Positions 12,401 through 26,400 of a DNA stretch of 64,000 nt are shown one piece after another. The translations under genes and the position numbers were made by a program. This stretch comes from Macrostomum hystrix (Eukaryota; Animalia; Platyhelminthes), in NCBI GenBank assembly GCA_950097015.1, contig CATNEN010000038.1, positions 15,810,001-15,874,000 of the forward strand, given 5' to 3'. The notes beneath the pieces were generated by a model, which was not told the DNA's origin, ran no database searches, and saw nothing but the letters and a program-made list of their open reading frames with translations. The first letter of the stretch is position 1; the number at the start of each line of letters is the position of its first letter.

Positions 12401-15400
12401 TGGTGTCGTAGCCTAGCTGCCTCGATCAACAAGCCAATCGGCGTCCGGCCGACGTTCCCGCTGGTTCAAAGTCTGCTGACTTTCGAATTCCTGTTTAAGT
12501 GCCTAGAGCTAGCACAGAAATAGCTCGACTATCGTTTTACAGCAGGTACCGCCGGATACCCCGTCGAGATCGAGCTGTCCCCGAGTGATCAGGGTGTCAA
12601 GGATGCGCGCATTTGTTCCGATTATATCCACTGATCGATGCTAGCGACTCGGGCCTGAGCTGATTGGCGGCTTGGCACGGCAAGCTGTCCCAACGATGAG
12701 TCGACGCCTCGGCACCGCAGAGATCCACGACAACGGAGTTGCGTGACACTGGGCAATTTCGCCAGACTGCCGAATATTCTAGCCCGTTGCCATGTCTACT
12801 AGCACCTCTCAGCGTACTTTTTATGTTTTTTTCGCTACTGCAGTCAGCTAGCTGACGCATCGAGGCTGTCTCCTGCAGTTTCGGTTTACTGCACCTACTA
12901 GTTGTTAACGATTCACCGTTTATCTGAATGTATCCAATTAATGCTGCATGCATAATGATATTTAAAATAATTTTCGATTACAATTCGCTCCTGACAGTGA
13001 CACACTGATAAAGGTGGAATATAATAGACTTAGTTTAATTAACTGCGCGATGACGCTTCTACGTTTTTAATTAAAAACATTGAGTTATTACGATCGACTC
13101 CACGCTCGCCAGCAAGTATCGTTCTCTCGAAAAGAAAGATTTTTCTAAATTTGACTGCAGATTAGTTGTATACCACTCGTGTTAGGTGAATGCCAAAATT
13201 GAGCATGTTATAAATATATAAGATGTCATATCGTGCATGGCCGGTTGATTGCTTTTTGTAAATTTTCTGGTTATTCGATTTTTTCAGTTCAAAGCGATTT
13301 CCAAACCCGATTTCTGCTGGTTTATAAACAACAGAAAGTGTATTTAGAATACCCACATGTTTCTTGTTTCTGCATTTCCCAAATTATTCAACCAATCCCC
13401 ACATGGGATTCGCCATAGAAAGGTTTCTTCAGAGTTGTCCTTGTCACTGCAGGGTCCTCCGATAAGAATCGCTGAATATCTCGACGATGCTGACGTCGGA
13501 CGGCTTTTATAGTTCACCGTACGGGGGAAAATGTAGCTTGGCCTTTTTAACTGTTAAACGCCTAACTTGACCTGCAGTCGGTGCTCGTCTCGATGGCTTC
13601 CTCGACCTGAGCGCCAGAGAACTGCAACAGGCGGCACATCTTCTCGTCACTGTTGTACAGCACGTGCCTGCTGATTCCCGATTTCATAGTAGCCGCCATT
13701 TCATAGTAGATGGTTGGCCACCTGCAGCAGGTCAGAGAAGCAGTACTCAGAGCTCTGGTGCGCTTGAACCGAGTCCGCTGCCATGCGGTGTCTGCACTGT
13801 CTGCAGGTGCGAACTCGCAGTCGAATACTTTTAGAGCGGAGTGTGACGATAAATTGATGAAGACAGTAAGTCCGTAGCGGCGACAGTTAAAGTTCACTTC
13901 AGTCTTAGAGTCAGTTCCAAATATGTGGGGTAGCGGTAGCACTTTATTCTCGTGATACACTGGGATGCACGACAAGCAGAGAGTAAGAAAAGTAAAGGTG
14001 CAGGAGCTCAACGATGGTAATAGTAATAACGGCACGGCGAGGCAAAGAACGGAAATAGTGCGCGAAGCTAGGGCAGACACGAGAAGCCGAGCAGTGGGCA
14101 GGGCGAATAGGCAGAACAGTCTCAGAATCAGAACAGGCAAGGCCAGACAAGGCAAGGCCAGACAAGACAAGGCAATACAGACAACAAGTGGAGCGCGAGC
14201 GGGCCTAAAGCCCTTAGTTAAATAAGCTTAGTAAACTGCAGAACAGGGCGATCGATAACTCTAGAAACTGGCCCCAGCCAATGAGCGTGTAAGTACACTG
14301 GTCTGGGCAGACGACAATTAGACACTAGCAAAACCAAGCTGGGGCATCGCGATGTGCACTAACGCCTACTAACTGTAACACTCTAAGAATTACAGCTTAA
14401 CCATACGAAACTGAAAAATGGATGATAGCCAGACGACATCAGTAAAACGGCCCTAGTTAGTACACACGTAAATTAGCTATGTAAATTAACACGTTAATTA
14501 AATTGCTAGGTGCGCTTTCAACAAGTGACAACGTCACAGGAGCATCGAATGTCAATCAGATATAGCCAACACTGTTGATATTCCGTTTCATAACGCAGTC
14601 TTCGTTATTCCCTGCATCTGTTGGCTCACCGGCGGACCATCGCAAGTCAGCCGTCGATATCGACATTTTTTCCAGCTGTGAAACTAAAGATTGAAGGTTT
14701 CTTGAAGTTTAGCTAAAGTGGATCAGTATGCATTCGTTTATTTATACATGAACAGTACCTTGATTTGACAATTCGTTTTTGTTTGGCTTAAAACTGATTC
14801 CATATGTGTGGTTTTGAATGCTATAATCTCAGAATACCGATCAGGGACATGCTGAAATTGAGATGCTGAAATTAAGATGCTCAAACCACAATAACTGTGA
14901 CTGCCAACAGCTGTGATTGGGTCGATACCTTAAGTAACTTTTGCATCATCAGGTTAATTGCGCAAACCCTTTTCCCCTGAACTCGCTATAAACCTACGTT
15001 TTCAAATCCGAAAACGACTAGAAAAGTGTCGAACAAATAAGCATTTTCTTTCATTTTTTCCTGCAGTAAATCTTTGTAAAGTAAGTCTTTGCCGATTAGT
15101 TGTGCTGCATCTGTATAAGTATCAACAAAGTATCGTAGGTATCGTAAGTAAGTAATTTTAAACTAACAAGCTTTTCATACTAATCACACATATGTGCATG
15201 ACAGCTCATGAAAACCAAACTGTCTGGAAGAGCCTAATTATAGCGCTTGTTAAATATTCAAAATTTTCTCCAGAAAATATTCACAAATATGCTAGTTTTT
15301 GTATGTAGCTTGAAATGCAATGTGTATGCAATTACTTTGCTCATGCAAAAGCAGCTGGTGGGCGACGTATTGCACTCAAGGACGACTTGGGTATAAAAAA

Positions 15401-17139
15401 GCTTAAGTATACTTCAATAACAACATGAATAAAGAAGAATGCGAACTGAGAAATGGGAATGTTAAATCAATCGTAACACTTGAAATAAAAAACGCATTGA
15501 AATTTTTAATCAAGTTATTGTGCAATAGTGCAGAAAGGTAAACACTTCTCTTCGACGCCGTCACTCATCACTCATCACAAATTTCGTGTCGTGCTTTTAC
15601 GAAAATATAGTTAAACAAAGCTTCTCCATTATTTTTAACAATAAAGGCTACCTTCTTGTATGCATGTCGATAGCGAAATTTCACTCAGTAAGTTCATCAG
15701 GCAGAAAAAATTCAGTGTGAACAAGAAAAAAATAATTGTGAGAAAAGGTTTTTCATATGTTTAACTTCGTATTCGTCTATTGATTTATAGATGGCAGTCG
15801 ATGCATGTCTTGCTCACACACAATTGTAAGTATAGTTGCAAGTTTGTGACGTGTGTCGTAATGGGACCTATTTTAGCTTTAATAAAAGCCTTCAATATTT
15901 AAACTAAATTTTTTGTTTGACGATCCTATTAAATTTTACAACTTTGTTGTTAAATTATAAGATTCATGCTCAATCGATTGTGAATAAATATTTAATATTT
16001 TACTAATAAACTTGGAAACTTATAATTTATAAGTTATAAAGGTAGTGTTAATTTTCCAGCTAGTTAAAGTAGCCATTGTGCTGCTTATTCTTGAAATCTG
16101 CTGTCAAATCGTAGCCACGATTTTTAGTTTCTAGATTGACTTACATTATGCTAAAATTAAATGAATAAAAAATCATAAGCTCTTTATGTCTATGGATTTT
16201 GTTGGCCAGTAATTTATAAAGTAAAAAGTAATAACTCTTAAAGCCTTTTTTTGTGACCTAATTTTATATGCAGTATTAATTAGAATTTTTCGTTGCCTGT
16301 TAGAACATAGTATATTTTAGGTAATCCATTAGTTATTTAAAATATGGAAATTTTCTGATAAGGTTTTTTTTATTTTTTGCTGCTTCTGTAAGTTGCTTGA
16401 CTGGAATTTCCTATTTGCTCCTAATTTAAACAAATTAATGAAAGTTTCAGAGGTTAAACTCACTTTTTTTGTAGCTTGAAATCGAAAGTTTTGTGTTTAT
16501 GTTGTAGTACACGAATATATTATTACGTGGTATGTTAAGAAAATATCCTAAAAATGCGAGTTCGCAAAAATTGAACTCTTAAAGTTCACAAAAGCTATTA
16601 TCTCGCTTTAGTCTAGCTTTGTAGATTGTTATAGTTAAACAAACCTATTGTCAGTTCCTTAGACCGCAAGTAAGTTCTAGGCGATAAATAAAAAAATTAC
16701 GATTGTGATTGACTGATATTTTTACAATTAAGATTATTGCAGCTCTAGCCCTAATATAGTAAGCTCTCTTATCGGAATCAGGCAACAGCTTTTAGTAGAT
16801 CACAAGCAAGCCAGTCCTAAATCTCGTGTCAGAAATCTGCAAATGCCTGCACATTGTGAGCCCGCCCTCTGTCGCCACCTTCTAGGCCCAAGTTGCTGGT
16901 CCTAAACAGCCATGCAGTTTGGCGAGTCAGCAATTTTCTTCTATTTTCGTCTGTTAATCAAACACGGAGAACGACCCCACTGGTCGTTACCTTATAATTC
17001 CCTCCTAGCCTTATCTTCGTTGGCTACACGAAGCGCTATTTGTCCAGACCAAACGGCGCTGCGCAATTTGTCGGACCGAAATGCTAAAAATGAACTCGAA
17101 ATTTTTGAAGTCGTGCGCGCGCTGACCACGCAGTGGGCC

Positions 17140-17350
17140 ATCAGCCAATGAGACGCGTGGGCGAACAAAACCTTTAATCCCTTCCCAACTTCTTTCGCCT
17201 AAGTTCTAATTGCAACGAATCAATTTGAACGCGGGACTGACCTTACTTGACTAATCAGCGTTTCCTATAAAAACCGTTGCAGTTTGCAGTCTCGTTGAAA
17301 ACGGTTTATTTTCGAGTCTATTGCGGCAGCAGCATCCGCGCCAATGAGCT
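17140..17350 (+). promoter_or_regulatory. Candidate promoter of the C2CD2-like gene
   Basis: AGCCAATGA near 17143, TATA-like CCTATAAAA near 17264 and GCCAATGA near 17340, all upstream of the ATG at 17480. Confidence 0.35.
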
Positions 17351-17479
17351 AGCTGATGAACCGCCAGTGAGAAGAGCAACCCTGTCATTGATCCACCGGT
17401 CGTCATAAATCAGCGCCACACTTTCTGTATCTTCTCAGCTTTTCAATTTTTTTACAATCCTTTTGAAAAAAATTCCGAC

Positions 17480-20400
17480 ATGGCCGACGTTACAATGCGA
17501 CTAATCTGGTATCGCTTGAACGAACTGTACAACAGCACGTCGGCTCACCTAGCTGGAACAGATCTGGCTAAAATTGATATTCTCGATCTGCTATTTGTTG
17601 GCTGGTGTCTGTTCGGGATTCTGGCCACAATCATCGTCAACTTCATCTACGATTTCATGCATCCTAAATCGCCTAGCCGGGACCAACATCGAGAGGTTGG
17701 GCGTGGTTGTGACAATGAACGTCTGTCAGAGCTTCTGACCACGCAGTCGCCATTGACGAGATTCAACAATGGCCCTCTGAGCGTCATCGGCGAGCTGTTG
17801 GAGACGAAGGATTCCACACCGGAGTTGACGTCAGCGCCGAAGCTGCTCACCGAGGGCTCCGAGTCCTGCCTGTGGCTCAACACTCTGGTTGCCTGGCTGT
17901 TTCTGAATAAAAGCGGCGCCCCAGCCCTTTTGGAGGCCTGGCTCGGTGCCCTTAACTATGCCCTGGCCAAGGAGAAGCGCTTCGATGGCCGGGTGAGGCT
18001 GCGGCTTCTTTGCAAAGTAAATTGCGAAAGCAGAAGACGTCAAATCCTAGAGTTAGACAGAGGATGGATGGTGGGTGAGTGTCAGATGGAGGAGAAGATG
18101 GGTGAGAGTCAGATGGTGGAGGAAGATGGGTGAGAGTCAGATGGAGGAGAAGATGGGTGAGAGTCAGACCTTTGGAGGAAGATGGTTGAGAGTCAGATGA
18201 TGGAGGAAGATGGGTGAGAGTCAGATGATGGAGGAAGATGGTTGAGAGTCAGATGATGGAGGAAGATGGGTGAGAGTCAGATGGAGGAGAAGATGGGTGA
18301 GAGTCAGACGGAGGAGAAGATGGGTGAGAGTCAGACGGAGGAGAAGATGGGTGAGAGTCAGATGGAGGAGAAGATGGGTGAGAGTCAGACCTTTGGAGGA
18401 AGATGGTTGAGAGTCAGATGATGGAGGAAGATGGGTGAGAGTCAGATGGTGGAGGAAGATGGTTGAGAGTCAGATGATGGAGGAAGATGGGTGAGAGTCA
18501 GAAGGAGGAGAAGATGGGTAAGAGTCAGATGGAGGAGAAGATGGGTGAGAGTCAGACCTTTGGAGGAAGATGGTTGAGAGTCAGATGATGGAGGAAGATG
18601 GGTGAGAGTCAGATGGAGGAGAAGATGGGTGAGAGTCAGATGGTGGAGGAAGATGGGTGAGAGTCAGATGGAGGAGAAGATGGGTGAGAGTCAGACCTTT
18701 GGAGGAAGATGGTTGAGAGTCAGATGATGGAGGAAGATGGGTGAGAGTCAGATGATGGAGGAAGATGGTTGAGAGTCAGATGATGGAGGAAGATGGGTGA
18801 GAGTCAGATGGAGGAGAAGATGGGTGAGAGTCAGACGGAGGAGAAGATGGGTGAGAGTCAGACGGAGGAGAAGATGGGTGAGAGTCAGATGGAGGAGAAG
18901 ATGGGTGAGAGTCAGACCTTTGGAGGAAGATGGTTGAGAGTCAGATGATGGAGGAAGATGGGTGAGAGTCAGATGGTGGAGGAAGATGGTTGAGAGTCAG
19001 ATGATGGAGGAAGATGGGTGAGAGTCAGAAGGAGGAGAAGATGGGTGAGAGTCAGATGGAGGAGAAGATGGGTGAGAGTCAGACCTTTGGAGGAAGATGG
19101 TTGAGAGTCAGATGATGGAGGAAGATGGGTGAGAGTCAGATGGAGGAGAAGATGGGTGAGAGTCAGATGGTGGAGGAAGATGGGTGAGAGTCAGATGGAG
19201 GAGAAGATGGGTGAGAGTCAGATGGTGGAGGAAGATGGGTGAGAGTCAGATGGTGGAGGAAGATGGGTGAGAGTCAGATGGAAGAGGAAGATGGGTGAGA
19301 GTCAGATGGAGGAGAAGATGGGTGAGAGTCAGATGGAGGAGAAGATGGGTGAGAGTCAGAAGGAGGAGAAGATGGGTGAGAGTCAGATGGAGGAGAAGAT
19401 GGGTGAGAGTCAGACCTTTGGAGGAAGATGGTTGAGAGTCAGATGATGGAGGAAGATGGGTGAGAGTCAGAAGGAGGAGAAGATGGGTGAGAGTCAGATG
19501 GAGGAGAAGATGGGTGAGAGTCAGACCTTTGGAGGAAGATGGTTGAGAGTCAGATGATGGAGGAAGATGGGTGAGAGTCAGAAGGAGGAGAAGATGGGTG
19601 AGAGTCAGATGGAGGAGAAGATGGGTGAGAGTCAGACCTTTGGAGGAAGATGGTTGAGAGTCAGATGATGGAGGAAGATGGGTGAGAGTCAGATGGAGGA
19701 GAAGATGGGTGAGAGTCAGATGGTGGAGGAAGATGGGTGAGAGTCAGATGGAGGAGAAGATGGGTGAGAGTCAGATGGTGGAGGAAGATGGGTGAGAGTC
19801 AGATGGTGGAGGAAGATGGGTGAGAGTCAGATGGTGGAGGAAGATGGGTGAGAGTCAGATGGAGGAGAAGATGGGTGAGAGTCAGACCTTTGGAGGAAGA
19901 TGGTTGAGAGTCAGATGATGGAGGAAGATGGGTGAGAGTCAGAAGGAGGAGAAGATGGGTGAGAGTCAGATGGTGGAGGAAGATGGGTGAGAGTCAGATG
20001 GAGGAGGAAGATGGGTGAGAGTCAGATGGAGGAGAAGATGGGTGAGAGTCAGATGGAGGAGAAGATGGGTGAGAGTCAGAAGGAGGAGAAGATGGGTGAG
20101 AGTCAGATGGAGGAGAAGATGGGTGAGAGTCAGAAGGAGGAGAAGATGGGTGAGAGTCAGATGGTGGAGGAAGATGGGTGAGAGTCAGATGGAGGAGGAA
20201 GATGGGTGAGAGTCAGATGGAGGAGAAGATGGGTGAGAGTCAGATGGAGGAGAAGATGGGTGAGAGTCAGAAGGAGGAGAAGATGGGTGAGAGTCAGATG
20301 GAGGAGAAGATGGGTGAGAGTCAGACCTTTGGAGGAAGATGGTTGAGAGTCAGATGATGGAGGAAGATGGGTGAGAGTCAGAAGGAGGAGAAGATGGGTG

Positions 20401-23400
20401 AGAGTCAGATGGTGGAGGAAGATGGGTGAGAGTCAGATGGAGGAGGAAGATGGGTGAGAGTCAGATGGAGGAGAAGATGGGTGAGAGTCAGATGGAGGAG
20501 AAGATGGGTGAGAGTCAGAAGGAGGAGAAGATGGGTGAGAGTCAGATGGAGGAGAAGATGGGTGAGAGTCAGAAGGAGGAGAAGATGGGTGAGAGTCAGA
20601 TGGTGGAGGAAGATGGGTGAGAGTCAGATGGAGGAGGAAGATGGGTGAGAGTCAGATGGAGGAGAAGATGGGTGAGAGTCAGATGGAGGAGAAGATGGGT
20701 GAGAGTCAGAAGGAGGAGAAGATGGGTGAGAGTCAGATGGAGGAGAAGATGGGTGAGAGTCAGACCTTTGGAGGAAGATGGTTGAGAGTCAGATGATGGA
20801 GGAAGATGGGTGAGAGTCAGATGGAGGAGGAAGATGGGTGAGAGTCAGATGGAGGAGAAGATGGGTGAGAGTCAGACCTTTGGAGGAAGATGGTTGAGAG
20901 TCAGATGATGGAGGAAGATGGGTGAGAGTCAGATGGAGGAGAAGATGGGTGAGAGTCAGATGGTGGAGGAAGATGGGTGAGAGTCAGATGGAGGAGAAGA
21001 TGGGTGAGAGTCAGATGGTGGAGGAAGATGGGTGAGAGTCAGATGGTGGAGGAAGATGGGTGAGAGTCAGATGGTGGAGGAAGATGGGTGAGAGTCAGAT
21101 GGAGGAGAAGATGGGTGAGAGTCAGACCTTTGGAGGAAGATGGTTGAGAGTCAGATGGAGGAGAAGATGGGTGAGAGTCAGATGGAGGAGAAGATGGGTG
21201 AGAGTCAGAAGGAGGAGAAGATGGGTGAGAGTCAGATGGAGGAGAAGATGGGTGAGAGTCAGAAGGAGGAGAAGATGGGTGAGAGTCAGATGGTGGAGGA
21301 AGATGGGTGAGAGTCAGATGGAGGAGGAAGATGGGTGAGAGTCAGATGGAGGAGAAGATGGGTGAGAGTCAGATGGAGGAGAAGATGGGTGAGAGTCAGA
21401 AGGAGGAGAAGATGGGTGAGAGTCAGATGGAGGAGAAGATGGGTGAGAGTCAGACCTTTGGAGGAAGATGGTTGAGAGTCAGATGATGGAGGAAGATGGG
21501 TGAGAGTCAGAAGGAGGAGAAGATGGGTGAGAGTCAGATGGTGGAGGAAGATGGGTGAGAGTCAGATGGAGGAGGAAGATGGGTGAGAGTCAGATGGAGG
21601 AGAAGATGGGTGAGAGTCAGATGGAGGAGAAGATGGGTGAGAGTCAGAAGGAGGAGAAGATGGGTGAGAGTCAGATGGAGGAGAAGATGGGTGAGAGTCA
21701 GAAGGAGGAGAAGATGGGTGAGAGTCAGATGGTGGAGGAAGATGGGTGAGAGTCAGATGGAGGAGGAAGATGGGTGAGAGTCAGATGGAGGAGAAGATGG
21801 GTGAGAGTCAGATGGAGGAGAAGATGGGTGAGAGTCAGAAGGAGGAGAAGATGGGTGAGAGTCAGATGGAGGAGAAGATGGGTGAGAGTCAGACCTTTGG
21901 AGAAAGATGGTTGAGAGTCAGATGATGGAGGAAGATGGGTGAGAGTCAGAAGGAGGAGAAGATGGGTGAGAGTCAGATGGAGGAGAAGATGGGTGAGAGT
22001 CAGACCTTTGGAGGAAGATGGTTGAGAGTCAGATGATGGAGGAAGATGGGTGAGAGTCAGAAGGAGGAGAAGATGGGTGAGAGTCAGATGGTGGAGGAAG
22101 ATGGGTGAGAGTCAGATGGTGGGGAAAGATAAGTGAGAGTCAGATGGAGGAGAAAGATGGTGAGAGTCTGGGGGGAGGAATGTGGCAAAAGGGTCGGAAG
22201 TTGTCAGCATTAATCTCCCATAGCTGTCTGCAATATAAGGAAATCTGCACTAAAAAAGTTAACTTGCAAAATCTAACCCGCTTTGAATAAGTCAACACTT
22301 TTTCTTGCCTCAGGTATACACATAAAAATGTCCACTAACGGGATCTTTTAGTTTGGCCTGAAAAAAATGCATCGTGGGGGGATACGGAATTAAGCTGGAC
22401 GCGAAGTACCTACTGTGTTGTGAAATTTTTAATGCCCACAATGCCAAATGGCCTTGTGGAATTGGGGACCATTAAGACCAATGGCTTTGCTTGGCTAGCT
22501 ATAGGAATAGTCAAATCCCTGATCGCCAATGTGATGGCACGCGGTGGTTCCAAGTGCAAACGGAATCTGTCCCTCCCTGACCTGTGTTCCAAATTTACTT
22601 GCTCTCGTTCTGTTTGTTTGCCGGGACGCCCGCTGCGTGTTGCGCGGGCCGCCACGAAACCTCCCGACATCCGTCAGACCGACTGGTCGTTTGGGGGGCC
22701 GAGGTGAACAAGGCCCACCTCACTCCTTCTCTAGTTAACCTAGAGATATTTCGCTCTGTAGCTGCTGGGAGGGAATCGAATTGCAGGCACAGCTCCTAAA
22801 CCGCCTCCATTCGTCATTATTTTGCGGCTTTTGCCCGGGTCAAATGCCAATCTGAGATGGTCAGAGGTTATTCAATATTCCTCACCTGCAGTAAACTAAG
22901 AACTGACCCACTAACCCTTAGCTGTGAGGAGCCATGACCCTATTGACCCGTTTATCTTGGTATCTGACATAGAATAATGCCATAAATCTGACATCCTAAC
23001 CCCCGATTCTTCCAGCATCTGACACCCTAACCCCGATTCTTCTAGCATCTGACACCCTGACCCCGATTCTTCTAGCATCTGACACCCTGACCCGGATTCT
23101 TCTAGCATCTGACACCCTGATCGACCCCGATTCTTCCAGCATCTGACACCCTGACCCCGATTCTTCTAGCATCTGACACCCTGATCGACCCCGATTCTTC
23201 CAGCATCTGACACCCTGACCCCGATTCTTCTAGCATCTGACACCCTGACCCCGATTCTTCTAGCATCTGACACCCTGACCCCGATTCTTCAAGCATCTGA
23301 CACCCTGACTCCCGATTCTCTTAGCATCTGACACCCTGACTCCCGATTCTCTTAGCATCTGACACCCTGACTCCCGATTCTCTTAGCATCTGACACCCTG

Positions 23401-26400
23401 ACTCCCGATTCTCTTAGCATCTGGCACCCTGACTCCCGATTCTCTTAGCATCTGGCACCCTGACTCCCGATTCTCTTAGCATCTGGCACCCTGACTCCCG
23501 ATTCTCTTAGCATCTGACACCCTGACCCCGATTCTTCTAGCATCTGACACCCTGACCCCGATTCTTCTAGCATCTGACACCCTGACCCCGATTCTTCTAG
23601 CATCTGACACCCTGACCCCGATTCTTCAAGCATCTGACACCCTGACCCCGATTCTTCAAGCATCTGACACCCTGACCCCGATTCTTCAAGCATCTGACAC
23701 CCTGACCCCGATTCTTCTAGCATCTGACACCCTGACCCCGATTCTTCTAGCATCTGACACCCTGACCCCGATTCTTCAAGCATCTGACACCCTGACTCCC
23801 GATTCTCTTAGCATCTGACACCCTGACTCCCGATTCTCTTAGCATCTGACACCCTGACTCCCGATTCTCTTAGCATCTGACACCCTGACTCCCGATTCTC
23901 TTAGCATCTGACACCCTGACTCCCGATTCTCTTAGCATCTGACACCCTGACTCCCGATTCTCTTAGCATTTGACACCCTGACTCCCGATTCTCTTAGCAT
24001 CTGACACCCTGACTCCCGATTCTCTTAGCATCTGGCACCCTGACTCCCGATTCTCTTAGCATCTGACACCCTGACTCCCGATTCTCTTAGCATCTGGCAC
24101 CCTGACTCCCGATTCTCTTAGCATCTGACACCCTGACCCCGATTCTTCTAGCATCTGACACCCTGACTCCCGATTCTCTTAGCATCTGACACCCTGACTC
24201 CCGATTCTCTTAGCATCTGACACCCTGACTCCCGATTCTCTTAGCATCTGACACCCTGACTCCCGATTCTCTTAGCATCTGGCACCCTGACTCCCGATTC
24301 TCTTAGCATCTGACACCCTGACTCCCGATTCTCTTAGCATCTGGCACCCTGACTCCCGATTCTCTTAGCATCTGACACCCTGACCCCGATTCTTCTAGCA
24401 TCTGACACCCTGACCCCGATTCTTCAAGCATCTGACACCCTGACCCCGATTCTTCTAGCATCTGACACCCTGACCCCGATTCTTCAAGCATCTGACACCC
24501 TGACCCCGATTCTTCTAGCATCTGACACCCTGACTCCCGATTCTCTTAGCATCTGACACCCTGACTCCCGATTCTCTTAGCATCTGACACCCTGACTCCC
24601 GATTCTCTTAGCATCTGACACCCTGACCCCGATTCTTCTAGCATCTGACACCCTGACCCCGATTCTTCAAGCATCTGACACCCTGACCCCGATTCTTCTA
24701 GCATCTGACACCCTGACCCCGATTCTTCTAGCATCTGACACCCTGACCCCGATTCTTCTAGCATCTGACACCCTGACCCCGATTCTTCAAGCATCTGACA
24801 CCCTGACTCCCGATTCTCTTAGCATCTGACACCCTGACCCTGATTCTCTTAGCATCTGACACCCTGACTCCCGATTCTTCAAGCATCTGACACCCTGACC
24901 CAGATTCTTCAAGCATCTGACACCCTGACCCCGATTCTTCTAGCATCTGACACCCTGACCGCTGATCTGACACGCTTTCCAAGTGAATTTTCCAAGTGAA
25001 ACGAACCGATCGGCGCACAGTAAGCTGAGAGTGACAATTAAACTCCCAGTTGAAAGGGCGTTATTGTCCAAAGGAAAAGTAGCTGGCGCATACTCCCTCC
25101 TCCGTGTCTCTCACTTCCCTTGAAATAAGCAGAGGATCCCTTAGCCAATACAATATCAAATTGTGTGTACTAGCGCAAGATCCACATAAAACAGGAAGGA
25201 CGGCGCCTTTCTTTACACAAAAGGCAGACGAGGGTAAGCATGCCGCTGTCGATACGAAAATCAATTTTTTTCAGTTCCAGCTCAACACACCCGCCTATGA
25301 GCTCCTGTTTTTTTGGGGAGATCATTGTACTATAGCGGTGCAGTGTGCAAGGTCCAGGGTGGAGACTAAAGGGGGATTGCTCGCACTTACTCGCCAGCCT
25401 GTGTCCGTACGTTCGTCCGTGAGTCGATTTCTTAAATAGGCACCGCCCCAGTCTTACCACTGAGCAGTTTAATGCTTCTACTCTGCGACTTAACTAACTC
25501 TCACCTGTGCAATCCGCATGTACGTCTGACTGTGCGTACATGTTTCTTGCAGTACCGACGCAAACTGGGCTAGAGAGTTGGATAATAACTAAAAAATAAG
25601 AAAGACTGGCAATAATAAACGGATAAAAATGAGTAAACAGAACTCGCCTTAAGAAAAAATAGCAATGTAAACATTATACCAGAGGAACAGATTAGTGGAA
25701 AGACCACATATATAATAAGATATTAATTGTTGAGGACCACATGCCTAATGAGAGATGAGTAATTGAGGACCACATACCTAATGGGAGATGAGTGATTGAG
25801 GACCACATACCTAATGAGAGATAAGTGATTGAGGACCACATACCTAATGAGAAATGAGTGTTTAAGGACCACCTATCTAATGAGAGATGGCTGATTGAGG
25901 ACCACATACTTAATGAGAGATGAGTGATTGAGGACCACATACCTAATGAGAGATAAGTGATTGAGGACCACATACCTAATGAGAAATGAGTGTTTAAGGA
26001 CCACCTATCTAATGAGAGATGGCTGATTGAGGACCACATACTTAATGAGAGATGAGTGATTGAGGACCACATACCTAATGAGAGATGAGTGATTGAGGAC
26101 CACATACCTAATGAGAGATGAGTGATTGAGGACCACATACCTAATGAGAGATGGCTGATTGAGGACCACATACCTAATGAGAGATGAGTGATTGAGGACC
26201 ACATACCTAATGAGAGATGAGTGATTGAGGACCACATACCGAATGAGAGATGGCTGATTGAGGACCACATACCTAATGAGAGATGAGTGATTGAGGACCA
26301 CATACCGAATGAGAGATGAGTGATTGAGGACCACATACCTAATGAGAGATGGCTGATTGAGGACCACATACCTAATGGGAGATGAGTGATTGAGGACCAC

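Noticed and set aside
19987-25018. Many short repetitive ORFs (MEEKMGESQ, MLEESGSGCQ)
   Set aside because: Units of mixed length break the frame repeatedly; non-coding satellites.
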